64,000 nucleotides of DNA from Camelus ferus (Eukaryota), in contig NC_045720.1 of the NCBI RefSeq assembly GCF_009834535.1, forward strand, positions 930,001 through 994,000. The letters run 5' to 3'. Below the pieces are notes generated by a model that saw only the letters and a program-made list of their open reading frames with translations, had not been told where the DNA came from and did no database searches. A program made the position numbers and the translations under genes. Of this stretch, positions 43,331 to 56,679 are shown piece by piece (the first letter of the stretch is position 1; each line of letters opens with the position of its first letter).

Positions 43331-44531
43331 GGACAGAGGAGCAGAAGGAAGTGGTGGAAGCACTGGTAACTGCTTGGCCAGGCTGCGGGGATGAGAGCTG
43401 AAGTCCCCCTGGAGGGTCCGACGTGAGGAGCGGAGCCATGAGCGGGTCTGAGCGGCCAGGAAAGCCAACGCGGGTGACCAGGAAGGCACAGCTGGGCGCC
43501 CCCGAGCCGGGGGCAGCAGGGACCGCAAGTGGACAGTGGGAGCCTTAGTAAACTCAGCGGAGGGGAGCCGGTCCCCAGGAGGGCAGTGGGCAGCGCTGAC
43601 CCCTAGCACACCGAGGATGTGGGACACCTGGCAGGCCAGCCCCTTTTCTCCCTGCCTCCCCCCAGGAGCCCCCAGCCAGAGGTCTCAGCCCTGCCATTCT
43701 GCCACTGAGAATGTGGCCAATAAGCAGAATTAGACCAAAACCAGTGAATTTCAGCAAAAAAGAATTCTGCAGAGTGAACTGCATTACATTTACTTCATTA
43801 TTGAATCAGTTGGTCAGTGGACGTTTGATTCACCCATGAGTCACGTTTGAACCTGTTCTTATGTGTTTCCTCTGGGGTCATGACTTCTCTCCAGCCCAGC
43901 CTTCTTGTGTTCATGTAGCCTTGCAGCAGGCATTTTGTCCAGGAGGTTTTATTTTCTCGTCAGTCGTTAGTTGACTATCAGTCTTGTTGCATGCAGTTGT
44001 AACCTTCAGCTTCGAGTACGTTGTCGACTTGGGGTATTTATTATGCCTTAGAGAAAAAGTGGGCCAAGTATTTAATTTTCAGTTGAACCATGAGAGATCT
44101 TGTGCCATTTGGGAGGCCTCACCCGAAAGACCCAGAGTTAGGGGGAGTGGGCATGTGGCAGCTCAACCCCCCAAGTTGAAACAATCTGGCCCCAACCTCC
44201 TGCCTCATCCATTACTAGCCTCCTTATAACCCTGGAGACCAGACTCACAGGGACCTCCGCCTCCCAGACTGCAGACTGTCACAGCCCTTGAGGGTGGGCC
44301 CTGCCCCCGCCCCTCCCTGTGTGTCACAGTCTGTGTGTGGGCCCCGCCCCTCAGTGTGGACATCTGAGTAGATATCGGCTGTGTCCCCATCTGTCAGAGT
44401 TGTCGCCCACTGCCCATCCTGTCTCCCTCGCAACCCCCACCCCCGACCCTGTGGGGGTGGACATGCTGCGTTCCCCCAGCACCTGGGTCTCCAATGTTGG
44501 GCCCTCCCATCTCCTGCCCCCAGCGTGGCCT

Positions 44532-46322
44532 ATGGACCCAGGTACCCCAGGGCACTCCAGGCACCTGCCTGGGCCCCCTCCCAGCAGGGCACCTTTGGGT
44601 GGTTATCTCTAGATCATGCGTCCAAACACTAAAATGGGGGTCTCGGAGGAGGCGTGCCTATCAGCTGGATGCCCCCTCACGGCTATCTCTTAGGGGCAGC
44701 TCGGAGCCAGCCTGTGGAGGTGGGCCCTGGCATTGCGATCGGGGCCTACGCAGGGCTCTGGACTCTGGGCATCGTCCTGTTTGTCATCCTCTTCCTCACA
44801 CACAGAGGTAGGTGGGCACCCCTGGCGGGGGCATGCCAGCCAACCTGGACCACAGCCTGAGATCCAGCCAGCTGGACTGACCCCTCAGGGAGGACCAGGG
44901 AGCCATGCCCACCAGCCCTGGGCTTCCACAATGCCCCTCCCCTGAAGCTGCTGCCCTGCCGAGCCTGAGCAGGCCAGAGCTGGGGTCACACAGCAGCAGC
45001 CCCGCGGAGCCCCAGCTGGCCCTCACGAACACCGCAGGGCTCCTGCTGGCTGGTCTCTGCCCCTGGGACTCGGGCGGCAGCGCTGCCCTGGCCCTCACTG
45101 CACTGCGTGTCCGGGGAGGGGTCTTCTTCCAGGGGCAGCCAAGGCTGCGAGGGCTGACGCACATCATGGCCTGGATCTGGTTATCCCACCTGGGGCTGAC
45201 TGGGAGCCTGGTGTGGGTCTGGCACCGGCTCCAAGGTACTTGGCTATGGAGGGGAGGCCACCTGAGGAAGGGTCCTTCCTGAACTTGAAGCCAAGGGCAG
45301 CTTAGGGGCAGGAGGGCAGAGGGAGACCTGCAGGCAGCACACAAACTGGAATATAGGGGAGGGGACACATTCGGGTCCTGTCCAGGGCCCAGAGAACAGC
45401 CAGGTCTGGGATCTCCAGGGCTTGACCTCAGCCAGAGGACACACTGGACAAACACACTCTCCTGGACCCCACTCACATTCCTGCCTCTCCTCCTCTTCGC
45501 CATGGGGATCGCCACCAATGCTGTGCTTCTGATCAAGGACAAGGTACTAGGGTGGGGCTGGGGCACACCCTTGTCTGGCCACTGCTCAGGCCACCTCTGT
45601 GGGTCTCAGGCTCCCACCAGCGTTGAACTCCAAGGACAGGGTCTCTGGCGTCACCTGAACCCACGCCCCACTCAAAGGTCCAACTGGCCTTGGTAGGTGG
45701 AATGGTCGTGAGCACTGGCCCTGTACTGGCCACAGGGTGCCATGGAGTGGGATTCAGTTATGGCAGCTGGTTCCTCCCTTTGCTCCAGGGCACAGGGCAG
45801 GGACAGGAGGGGACTCAGCAAGAGGCAGTGCACACAGTGGGAAGAGCCTACCAAGGTCCAAGTCACAGCCCCAGTGCTTTCAGGAGTCCTTGGACCACTC
45901 ACTCTGTGCCTCAGTTTCTCCATCTGGGAAAGGGGAGCAGGGGCTGCTGGAAGTGCTCACCCTAGGTTCAGACACACAGCCCAGCCCTCCTGAGGAGGAG
46001 AGCTCACCCCAAGTCTCCGAAGCTCAGTAGAGAGGGCTGCAAGGCACAGAGAACAGCAAGATGGGCCAGAAGGTGTGCCCTCGGGCAGCCTGCTGGGGTT
46101 GGGGACGCGGCCCAGTGGTGAGAGCAACATCCCAGGAACGGGCCAGATAGGACCTCATGCTGCAGCCTTCTGGGTCCACGGCAGGCCCTCAGCAGAGAGG
46201 GGCGGAGGGGGAGGGGACGCGACATGGTGTGGGGGAGGGGCAGCCTTGGCAGAAGCTGAATAGACTGCTGGCGCCTCTTCCTCCCAGTGTCTTTCCAGCT
46301 CAGCGTCCCGGCCAAGAGGTGA
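44532..46322 (+). CDS. Putative novel 5-exon multi-pass membrane protein, 156 aa
   Basis: Exons 44532-44541, 44694-44807, 45038-45235, 45419-45543 and 46299-46322. All four introns are GT-AG with matching phases (1,1,1,0); 471 nt with no internal stop; 3-4 hydrophobic segments. No family recognised. Confidence 0.55.
45895..45940 (+). mobile_element. MIR core fragment in intron 4 of the putative membrane gene
   Basis: CTCTGTGCCTCAGTTTCTCCATCTGGGAAAGGGG. Other MIR cores lie near 2085-2175, 37780-37880 and 47300-47345. Confidence 0.65.
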
Positions 46323-46599
46323 GTGACCCCTGCAGACCCTCCCGAGCCTGAGTCTGTGGGGGATGTAGTCGATCTCTGGAGGGACAAAGACCACCGCGCC
46401 ATTCACGAAGAGAGACGGAAAGGACCCCAGGGGTGGGGCGAAGTATCGCAAGAAACACCTGGCTTTGAGTCTCGGCCCTTGGAGGTGAATTTTATCTCCC
46501 GTGGGCGCCAGTGAGACCTGGTGGACACGATACACCCTATCCCCAACACAATGAGGGAAAGGCCCCAGAGGTCTGGAGTAGGGGCGCGGCTCAGCCCGC

Positions 46600-47330
46600 C
46601 TCCAGGCCGGGCACCCTCCTCGTCCCACGCGCCCTTTAGCCTTGGGCGCCGAACAAGCCCGAGGAAGCAGAGGAGACAAAGTCCCCTCCTGCCGCTAATC
46701 CCCGCGGGTCAGAGGCGAAGCCGAGAAAGCCGCGGCCGGGCTCCAGCGGGAGCGCAGAGGTGGAAGGTCCCGGCGGGGCAGGGGCGGACTGGGAGGGGGG
46801 CCGGGGGGAGGGCCAGGGGGAGGGGCGGGGAGGGGTGGAGCCGAGGCTGGGCGTGGCCCGGGCAGGACCAGGGCTCGGGTTGGGGTGGGGGCGCGGCTTC
46901 CCCCTGGGCTCCGCGATGGAGTCCACCGTGATTGCGTAATCCGGAATTGCAGAGCTGGGAAGAAGGACGTCTCGAGGAACCTGGAGACCGAGGAGAACAA
47001 GACGCTCGCCACATCTCTTTTAGGGGGGAGGCATTATGAGCTTTAACGCGAGGACAAGTCGCCAAGAATTCCGGGAGGCCGGGACGGCTTAAAACGTAAA
47101 AACCTCCGTCCATCGGGTGCCTCACTTCGAAACAAACTAAAAGGCCAAGGTCGACCCAGACACTCCCGCGACAGATGTGTGCTGAGCACAAGCCCGGAGG
47201 GGCAGGGGCGACTTGCAGCCGCGGCGTGGTCTGGGAGGGCACTGGGTCCGAGACTGCTGAGGACCGGCCCGGCCATGTGAGCAGGTCCCCATCGCTCGCA
47301 GTCTCAGTTTCTCAGTCCGTTAAATAGGGA
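46600..47330. promoter_or_regulatory. Orphan CpG island between the novel membrane gene and CCDC166
   Basis: CpG-rich, with a G-tract/GC-box cluster at 46770-46900 and the bZIP-type near-palindrome ATTGCGTAAT at 46931-46940. Confidence 0.55.
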
Positions 47331-48702
47331 CAGTATCCTCAGGCGGGCCTGAGGGTGGAGAGCGCGGGTAGCCCCTGGGGGCAGAGAGATCCTGGTCTGG
47401 AATGCCAGGCCTGGAGAAGGAGACAGCCCACATGGGCACGGTGGAGCCCCCTGCAGGGTCACGGGAGATGCTTCTCCTGGTTCTACTTGGTCTTTTCCCA
47501 GTCTTCTGTAAGAAGCCTGTATCATTTAAGGCCAACATTCATGCTGTTTTAGTTTATGAATCAACATTTCTTTTAAATTTTTAATGTTAAAGCAAACGGG
47601 AATTCTGCATTGTCTTTCATGCATTGTAAAAAAAAATTTTTTTTTTTGCAAGGGGGAAAATACCTCGTGTTCCTAATTTTAAGAGGCTCTGCCACATCTT
47701 TAGGGCAGGTGTAGCAAGGCCAGGCACAGGAGCGAAGCCCAGGCTCTGAAATCAACCTCCTAAGATAGTTTTCAAGACAAGCCTTCCTACAAATGTTTTT
47801 TCCTAAGCTGTGCTCCGCACAAAGTTACAAGTCAATAATCTTGAATCTGTTCATATTGTAGCAAATGTGGACAGACCTGGACAGAAACGCAACTATATGA
47901 TGACAGGGCCAAATTCGTTGTAGACTTGTTTCACTGCAAAGGCTGTCTGGAGGCACCTGTTCCAGAGGCATCTGACAGGATGGGAGGCTGGACCTGGCTG
48001 CTGGCGACTGAAAAAAGGGAGGGTTTAGGATGTTGCTTCCCCAATATCAACAGCAAAAAGATCCATAGCCAAACCCTGAAGCATCACCTACCCCTGCCCC
48101 CCGACTCCACCATGCCGGCCTGCTGGGAAGGGAAAGAAGCGAATCACGGCAGGTGGGTGGGATGAGCTGAACAGATGACCCCTGTGCGGGCATCGGACGG
48201 AGCCTCTGAGAGGAGATCCCAGAGAGAAACACACTGGACAAAGGGATGACATCCAAATGGGCCCGACCTCCCCAGGAGCCCTCACCCCACGAAGGCCTCC
48301 AGAAGGAAGCAATCACATAGAAGTGCTTCAAGGAAAACTAGGGTCCCCTGAGAGAGGAAAAGATGTGGGGAAGAGCTCTGTCCTGACAACAAATAGGGAG
48401 ATTTCACACGTGTGTGTGGTGCGAGAGGACAGGAACTTGGCGAAACTCCCCACATGGGGATGACTGGGTGTAGAGGCCAATGGTGGACAGATTGCAAAGG
48501 GTCCAAGTCTGGCACGTGGAGAGTGGGGACTACTGCCGTGGCTGGGTCTGTTAGATTCCGGAGCAAGTCCAGCATCATCTGCCGGGGGGAAGCCGAAGTC
48601 CTGCCCATCTGGGATCCACCTTCTTGCAGGACACGCACACAGGCCGTCACTCACCGACTTCCAGTGAGGGGGCTGGGGGAAGGGAAGAAGGGGACTCGGG
48701 CC

Positions 48703-48762
48703 GTTGCCCAAGCAACGAGGTGGGAGTGGGGGAGGGCGACTAAGTTCTGTTTCCATGGAGAC
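48703..48762. promoter_or_regulatory. Tandem RFX X-boxes upstream of CCDC166
   Basis: GTTGCCCAAGCAAC (48703-48716) and GTTTCCATGGAGAC (48749-48762), ~230-290 nt upstream of the ATG; both near-consensus 14-bp X-boxes. Confidence 0.65.
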
Positions 48763-48960
48763 TGTGCAGGCTGAACGGCAACACTACTAAAGGTGGTCCA
48801 GACGGTGATGGAAGGCCAAGGAGCCCACTAGTAAAGGCTGGCGACGATGCCCTGACCCCTGATTGATCCCAAACCCCTGATTCTGCCTCCCCCAATCTCG
48901 TGACCCTGAGACGCGTCCAACTCCGCCAGAATATTCGGGCTGGGGGAGGGGAAGGGCTGA

Positions 48961-50529
<1,569 letters not shown>

Positions 50530-50610
50530 ACCTCCCTGAAGAAAGGCCAGTGAGGCCAGACGGTGGGGGGAGAGGGGTGTGCAGGACGCAGATTTGGTGA
50601 GTGGATTATC

Positions 50611-50616
50611 AATAAA
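50611..50616 (+). terminator. CCDC166 polyadenylation signal
   Basis: AATAAA 82 nt after the stop codon. Confidence 0.75.
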
Positions 50617-51130
50617 GGTGTGACCCCCTCCACCTTACCCTCTCTGGCATCGCCTACTTCACTGTCCAGCATTTCCAGCCAGTGCAGGGGCCACTCATTA
50701 TGGCTTCTAGTTTCCAAGCCTGTAAGGCAGCTTGATCGTTCATCGCCCTGTGTGTCTGCCAAGACTCAGCATTCCCCCACTCCACAGCTGACCTCCGGCT
50801 GCTCTGGCAGGGGCAGAGGAAGTTGGCCACACCAGCGTCCTGCCCACGAGGGCTGACAGTCTGGTGGCAGAGATGGACATCGCGAGCATGGACAGGGCAT
50901 GTAACAGCAGAAAAGGCGTCCAGCAGGCCAGGGAGAAGCTGGCCTGCGGCATGTCGTGGCTGAGAGCTCCAGCGTGGGGCCAGCTGCTCAGGAGAGCCAT
51001 TGGGAGGGGCGTGCCTTTGCTCTAGCGGCACGAAGAGCCACAGGAGTCTTTAATGTTTAACCTGTTGGGGGTAAGTTTTTCCTTTTTCTTTTTGTAAACC
51101 TTGGTTTGGGGGGGGGTAATTAGGTTACCT

Positions 51131-51206
51131 ATTTATTTAACGGAGGTACTGGCAACTGAACCCAGGACCTCGTGCATGCACTCTACCACTGAGCTATACC
51201 CTCCCC
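51131..51206 (-). mobile_element. tRNA-Ala-derived SINE (internal deletion)
   Basis: Same core on the - strand. Confidence 0.8.
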
Positions 51207-52913
51207 CGGGAATAATTTTTTAATTTTGATATAATTTACAACCTAGAGAAAAGTAACACATGGAAATCCCATATACCATTTATCCAGATTCCACAGCAGT
51301 TTGTGTTCTGCACCTTGGTTGTTTCTGTCTGTGCATTTTTTCCTGAGACATTTTAGATTAAGTTCGAGAGGCTTGCCCCTTCACAGCTAAATCCTTTAGT
51401 GTTTCCCAAGCACAAGGACATCCTACCACACTCCCGCAGTACAGTGATCCCAGTTAGGAAACTTGGTATGGGGAATATAGTATTAGCTAATCCATAGCTC
51501 ACGTTCAAATGTCAGTTGTCCCAATAGTATCCTTTGTGGCCTCTCCCTCTGCCAGGGCCCTGCATCACATTCAGTTGTCAGTCCCAGTGCGCACAGGCCA
51601 GTTATTACAGTGTCCCTCAGGTATGGTTTGCACTCATCCACGGCTATATCGGGGAGGTGGAGCGTGGGGGAGGCCAGGCCCCACCCACCCTCAGTGCCGG
51701 CCGAAGGGGTAGGGACTTGCCCAACACAGAGCAAGGTTTTTAAAAACGCTAGGTCTTCAGACTGGAGTGCTGGGTTGCAGAGCCTGACCAGCGAGATGGT
51801 TTCCTGTCGGGGTGGTGCCCATGCGGTGGGCGCAGACCCAGAGGGACCCTCGGGGCTCTGCAGGGCCAACACTCCACCGTGGACCGCGGACTGCACACCC
51901 ACGTGGCAGGCCTGGGCCTGGTGGAGGGAGGAGTTCAGATCACAGGTTTAAAACGGAGCTCCCCCGTTCTAGAGTGAAGATAATTTATTAGCCAATAGAA
52001 ATTTTAAATAATATGGAACTTGCACAGAAGGCTGCTCACGTGCCTTATTTTTTTTAAAGAGGTTTATTGTATTCATTTGCATTTGCAGCACAAGCAATAA
52101 AGCACACAGGCCCTTGTAAAAACAAAACAAAACAAAACAAAAACGGAGCTCCTGTTCATGACCTGTGTACCTTGATGGCCCTCCCACTACCCTCCTGGTG
52201 AAAATTTAGCTAAATGTTCTCGATCTGGGTTGGGAGAGTTTGTAGATGACTGGAAGCAGCAAACAGATTCTCTTGGAAGAGTTCACTTGAAACCCAGGAT
52301 GGTAAAAGTTTCCATAACCATTTCTCTTTAAAAGGAACTAGGGCTCTTGTGAGATTTGGGGAAGGAAATAATACAAATTGAGTCCAGAAAATCTTGCATC
52401 TTGTGCCAGAAAGCAAGATTGTTCCCAGAGAGAGAGCTGTCAGGACAGAGTAGCAAAGTGAAGGGTCCTGATGGGCCAAGAAGCCAACAATTTCATCATC
52501 AAAAAGAATGCACTGAGTAGAAACACATAAGATATACAAAATGCATGAGTTTAAAGTACTGTAAGACCCCACTCCACTGGTCATCTTGAAGGTTCCTAGC
52601 ACAATAATCCAGTATTCTGAAAATTAGTAAATGAAGAATCACATCCATTCTGCCTTTCCCATATGAACTGAATTTCAGGATAAACAAATTGTTGGTGAAG
52701 GAAAGTTATGTACAGAATTCCACCTATAAGTGCAGAAAAAATATTTATGTCATAATGGTTGCTAAAGCCTATTGGTGAAAGATTAATGAGGATAACAGAT
52801 GGCTCCAGCTGATCTCCTGAGCCCCTGAATGACCTTAACTTTGCTAAGAGTGAGACACTTAAGTGCGTCTGCACTGTGCAACTTACAAAACATTCTCAAC
52901 TAGAAACAAAACT

Positions 52914-52990
52914 GGGGGAGAGTATAGCTCAGTGGTAGAGTGAGGTCCTGGGTGCAATCCCCAGTACCTCCATTTAAAAAAAAAAAAGAA
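52914..52990 (+). mobile_element. tRNA-Ala-derived SINE lacking the anticodon arm
   Basis: GTATAGCTCAGTGGTAGAGTGAGGTCCTGGGTGCAATCCCCAGTACCTCCA plus poly-A. Confidence 0.8.
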
Positions 52991-54477
52991 ACAAAACTCT
53001 GATAATAATCAAGCTTCTAGCTCTAACTATGTATACAAAATATAGGGGACAGAGGAACATGTTAAAAGACAGTTAGGATGTAATCATCCTATCCTCTATA
53101 AGGCAAATGACTTTTTTCCCCCCAAAAAATAAATGGCAAGGAATTTTAAAAGGGGGGGGGGGTTCTTAACAATTGACAGACTAAGACACATTTCCACTTA
53201 ATGCAACTTGTGGACCTTGTTCAAACCTTTATTTTAATTTGTTGTGTTAAATCAATAGATTTAGATAGAGTTTCTTGGTAATTATGAAGCTACTGAAGAG
53301 CAGCATATTCCACACTTCCTGTTCCCAGGCACTCTTCCCAGCATCTGGCACACCACTCTCTCCTGCCGAGACAGCCCCTGTCCTCAAGACCCTCCAGCCC
53401 ATGACTTTCCATGAAATAGCTCCCTGAGAGACATCACCCAGAGTAGGCAGTTGTCAATTTCTTTGTAGTTCTGTCATTTTTACTTTATGTATTTGAAGCA
53501 ATTATTAGTTGCATACAAGTTTAGTACTAGCTCTTCTCTGTGAATTGACTCGTTTACCAGTTTGCAGTGTTCCTTGCCTCTGCCCACAGCCTGCTCCAGC
53601 TTTCTTCTCGTTTTGTCTTGCACACCCCTTTCTATGGGTGTCAGTTTCATACTTCAGATGTGTCCCTAGAATCAGTATAAATGGTTCTTATATTTTAGAA
53701 TACAGTCTGACAATCTTTGTCTTTTGACTGGAGTGTAGTTATTTTACATGGGTTGATTTACGGTATTCATGGAAGTTTTTTTTTATCAGTTAATTTTTTA
53801 CTTACTGTCTCCTTTCTCTGTGTTTCATTTGAACCCCTCCTTCTCCTTTCATTTCTCTACTTGTGTGGAAATCACACTCTTCTCTGTTAGTGGTCACCTA
53901 AGAAATGTTAACAAGCACATTTAAGTTTATAATTCATGAAGATAATATTATTACCCTCCTCCCAACCCTCAGAATGCTTTAAATTTCCATCATACCTTCC
54001 TGACTTAGAACCTATTGATAATAAGATTTTAGTTCTGCTTTGCCTTTTGTTAACCCACAAATTAGACACTGTTATTCTTTATGAAAGTTTATCCACCTGC
54101 ATACTTACCATTTAGGACATATCTGTGTGTATGTTATGCTTTGATTAAAAAAATTTATTTTAAAAATCCTGCTGGGCTAGTTCTGGTAGTTCCTCATTCC
54201 CTGCATGGCTTTCCGGCATCTGCTGCTGAACAGAGAGCTCAAACTCAGCCCTCGTCTGCCCCATCAGGCTGCCTGCCACCCCGACAGCGGCTATGGGGAT
54301 GGAGGAGAGCATGGCCTTGAGGCTGGGCCACATGGGATACCAGTCCCAGGGACACCTAGCAGCAGAGGGGGTGGGATGGCCCTAATGGGCACCTCCAGTC
54401 TAAGCCCCTCTCAGACCACTCTCTTCTGTCCCCTGCTCACTGCTCTGTGGTTCCTGCCCCATGTAACCACTGCTCAC

Positions 54478-54613
54478 CACGCAGGCGCCATGGGGGCTTT
54501 CCCGATGCCACCCAGAGACCCTCCCTAGGATTTCCAGGCCAGTGTGGTGAGCAGGACCACAGCAAGCCCACCCACAACCTTGCTTTGTCACCTCCCGCAA
54601 AAAGTCACTGACC
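54478..54613 (-). pseudogene. Possible decayed KRAB-A exon (ZNF707-like relic)
   Basis: Acceptor CAG| is followed by (G)SVTF in one frame and GWACCGPAH in another, resembling the KRAB-A pattern VTF.DVA..FS.EEWACL.P.QR. A GTGAGC donor lies 136 nt later (KRAB-A exons are usually ~127 nt). Frameshifted and stop-containing; position is syntenic with ZNF707. Confidence 0.25.
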
Positions 54614-55049
54614 CTGCTTAGCTTCTGGTCACCTCAGCAGGGGCAGGGTGCCACTGGACAGGCCCCCTCAGAGGGTGCAATGAGGACTCAGGTGAGGGCA
54701 GCACCTCCGGGGGTTCAGTGAACCAGGCCAGGCTGGGCTAGGGTGGATGCTGACACAGACTGTGGCTGGAGAGCAGGGGAGTGGGTGGCTGTGTGGTAGG
54801 CAGGGCACAGGGCACCCTGTGGGTACAGCGACCCAGCCTGCAGAGGAAGGCTGCACGTGCAGGGAGGGAGACGACCTGGTCCTCCCTGCCTTGGCCTGCA
54901 TTGTCCCTCTGCAAAGAGCCCGCTGGCGCAGAGAGGCCTGACCCTGGAGCAAGAGTGGAGATGGGGATGAGGGGGACGGCTGGACACCAGAGCAAGTAAA
55001 GGGCCCTCACCATCAGGCTAGCCTGGATCTTTGTGACTGAAGATCCAAA

Positions 55050-56122
55050 CATTGAACAAAAAGTGAACACATACCTGTTAGAATGGCTGAAGTCCCAGAG
55101 GCTGACACCACCAAGTGCTAAGGAGGAGATGGGGCAACAGGAGCTCCCATTCACTGCTGGCGCGGGAACACAGAATGGTGCAGCTGCTCTGAAAGATAGT
55201 TTGGTGGTTTTTTACAAAATTAGCATAATCATACAACAGGACCCAGCAATCACACTCCAACCCAGAGGAGCTGAAAACTCATGCCCACACAAAAACCTGC
55301 ATACAGATGTTTATAGCAGCTTTATTCATAATTGCCAACGCTTGGGAGCAACCGAGATGTCCTTCAGTAGGTGAGCAGATAAATGATAGTCCAACCAGAA
55401 AATGGAATATTAATCAGCATTAAAAAGAAATGAGCCATCAGCCATGAAAAGACATGGAGGAACCTTAAATGCACATCGCTAAGAGAGAGAAGCCCACCTG
55501 AAAAGGCTGCTTACTGTGGGATTCCCACTCTGACTTTCCGGAAAAGGCAAAAACACATGGTGACAGTTGAAAGACTGGTGATGCCAGGCACTGAGTGGGG
55601 ACGATGCTACATGGTGGATGCGTGTCTGTGTATTCATCCAGACCCACAGAATACAACACCAAGACAGACCCCCCAAGGCAAACCATGGCCTTTGTTAACC
55701 ACGCATCAGTGCTGGTACATCAGCTACTACAGACGAGCCACACGGAAGTGAGATGAGAAGCGCGGGGTGGGGTGCTGGGGAGGCTCTGGAAATCCATACT
55801 TCCTGGTCAATTTTTCAGTAAACCTAAAGCTGCTCTAAATGTACAGCCTATTAGTTTTTTTTTTTTTTAAGTAAAAACATTAAAGTAGTGGAATCCTTTT
55901 ATGATTCTGAGGAGTAGAAAGCCACTTTTTAATGTTAACCACTATATATAAAAATAGATTAAAGCCAAATTTCTACTGTGTAGCACAGGGAACTATATTC
56001 AGTATCTTGTAACAACTTTTAGTGGGAAAGAATATGAAAATGAATATATGTATGTATATGCATGACTGGGGCATCATGCTGTACACCAGAAGTTGACATA
56101 CTGGTTTTTTTTTAATTAATTA

Positions 56123-56156
<34 letters not shown>

Positions 56157-56460
56157 GGTACTGGGGATTGAACCCAGGACCTCGTGCATGCTAAGTACAC
56201 ACTCTGCTACTGAGCTATATCCCCCCTGACACATTGTAACTGGCTATAATTTTTTAAAAAAGCCAGTCTTTAACAAGAAAGAAAACTCCAAGGCATAAAA
56301 GAAAAGATTATAATAGGAAAATCAACATGAAAAGCATTATGGTAAAATATACTATAAATTAGAAGATAAATGACAATTTGGAAAAAATATTTACAGCGAC
56401 CAAATAGACAAAACATAACTTTATAATAAACTATAAAGAAAAAGAGCCAACGAAAACCTA
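55050..56460 (+). mobile_element. L1MB-like 3' end, a younger camelid L1 3' tail and a further L1 fragment
   Basis: GCAGCTTTATTCATAATTGCC...GGAGGAACCTTAAATGCACAT; younger tail at 55930-56250. Confidence 0.75.
56105..56225 (-). mobile_element. tRNA-Ala-derived SINE with an (AATC)n microsatellite tail, inserted in a young L1 3' end
   Basis: Core at 56153-56225; (ATTG)n at 56124-56153 on the + strand. Confidence 0.85.
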
Positions 56461-56679
56461 CCAGAAAAAGCAGGCATTAAAGAAGAAACCCAAAGCCAGT
56501 GCACATCGGAGAAGAGCAGCTGCCCAGGACACAGGGCAGTGCCAGCGACAGCAGGGCCCAGGGAGGGAGGGCCCCCCCGGGCGGGGCGGGGCGCCAGCCT
56601 GCTGAGCCTGAGCGCGTGGCCGCCCCACCTCCCTGGCTGTCTGTTCCTGATGAGTTAGTTCTTCCAGGAGTCTGTTCTG

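Noticed and set aside
45788-45965. Extra terminal exon (GTGQGQEGTQQ...KCSP*) for the novel membrane gene
   Set aside because: It runs through a MIR core and has no good donor; the acceptor at 46298 is stronger. It remains possible as a minor isoform.
52200-52880. Hydrophobic-looking - strand ORFs (130, 92 and 62 aa) as a processed membrane-protein pseudogene
   Set aside because: AT-rich, no consistent frame, and the text resembles the complement of an old L1 3' region; I recognised no protein family. A BLAST search would settle it.
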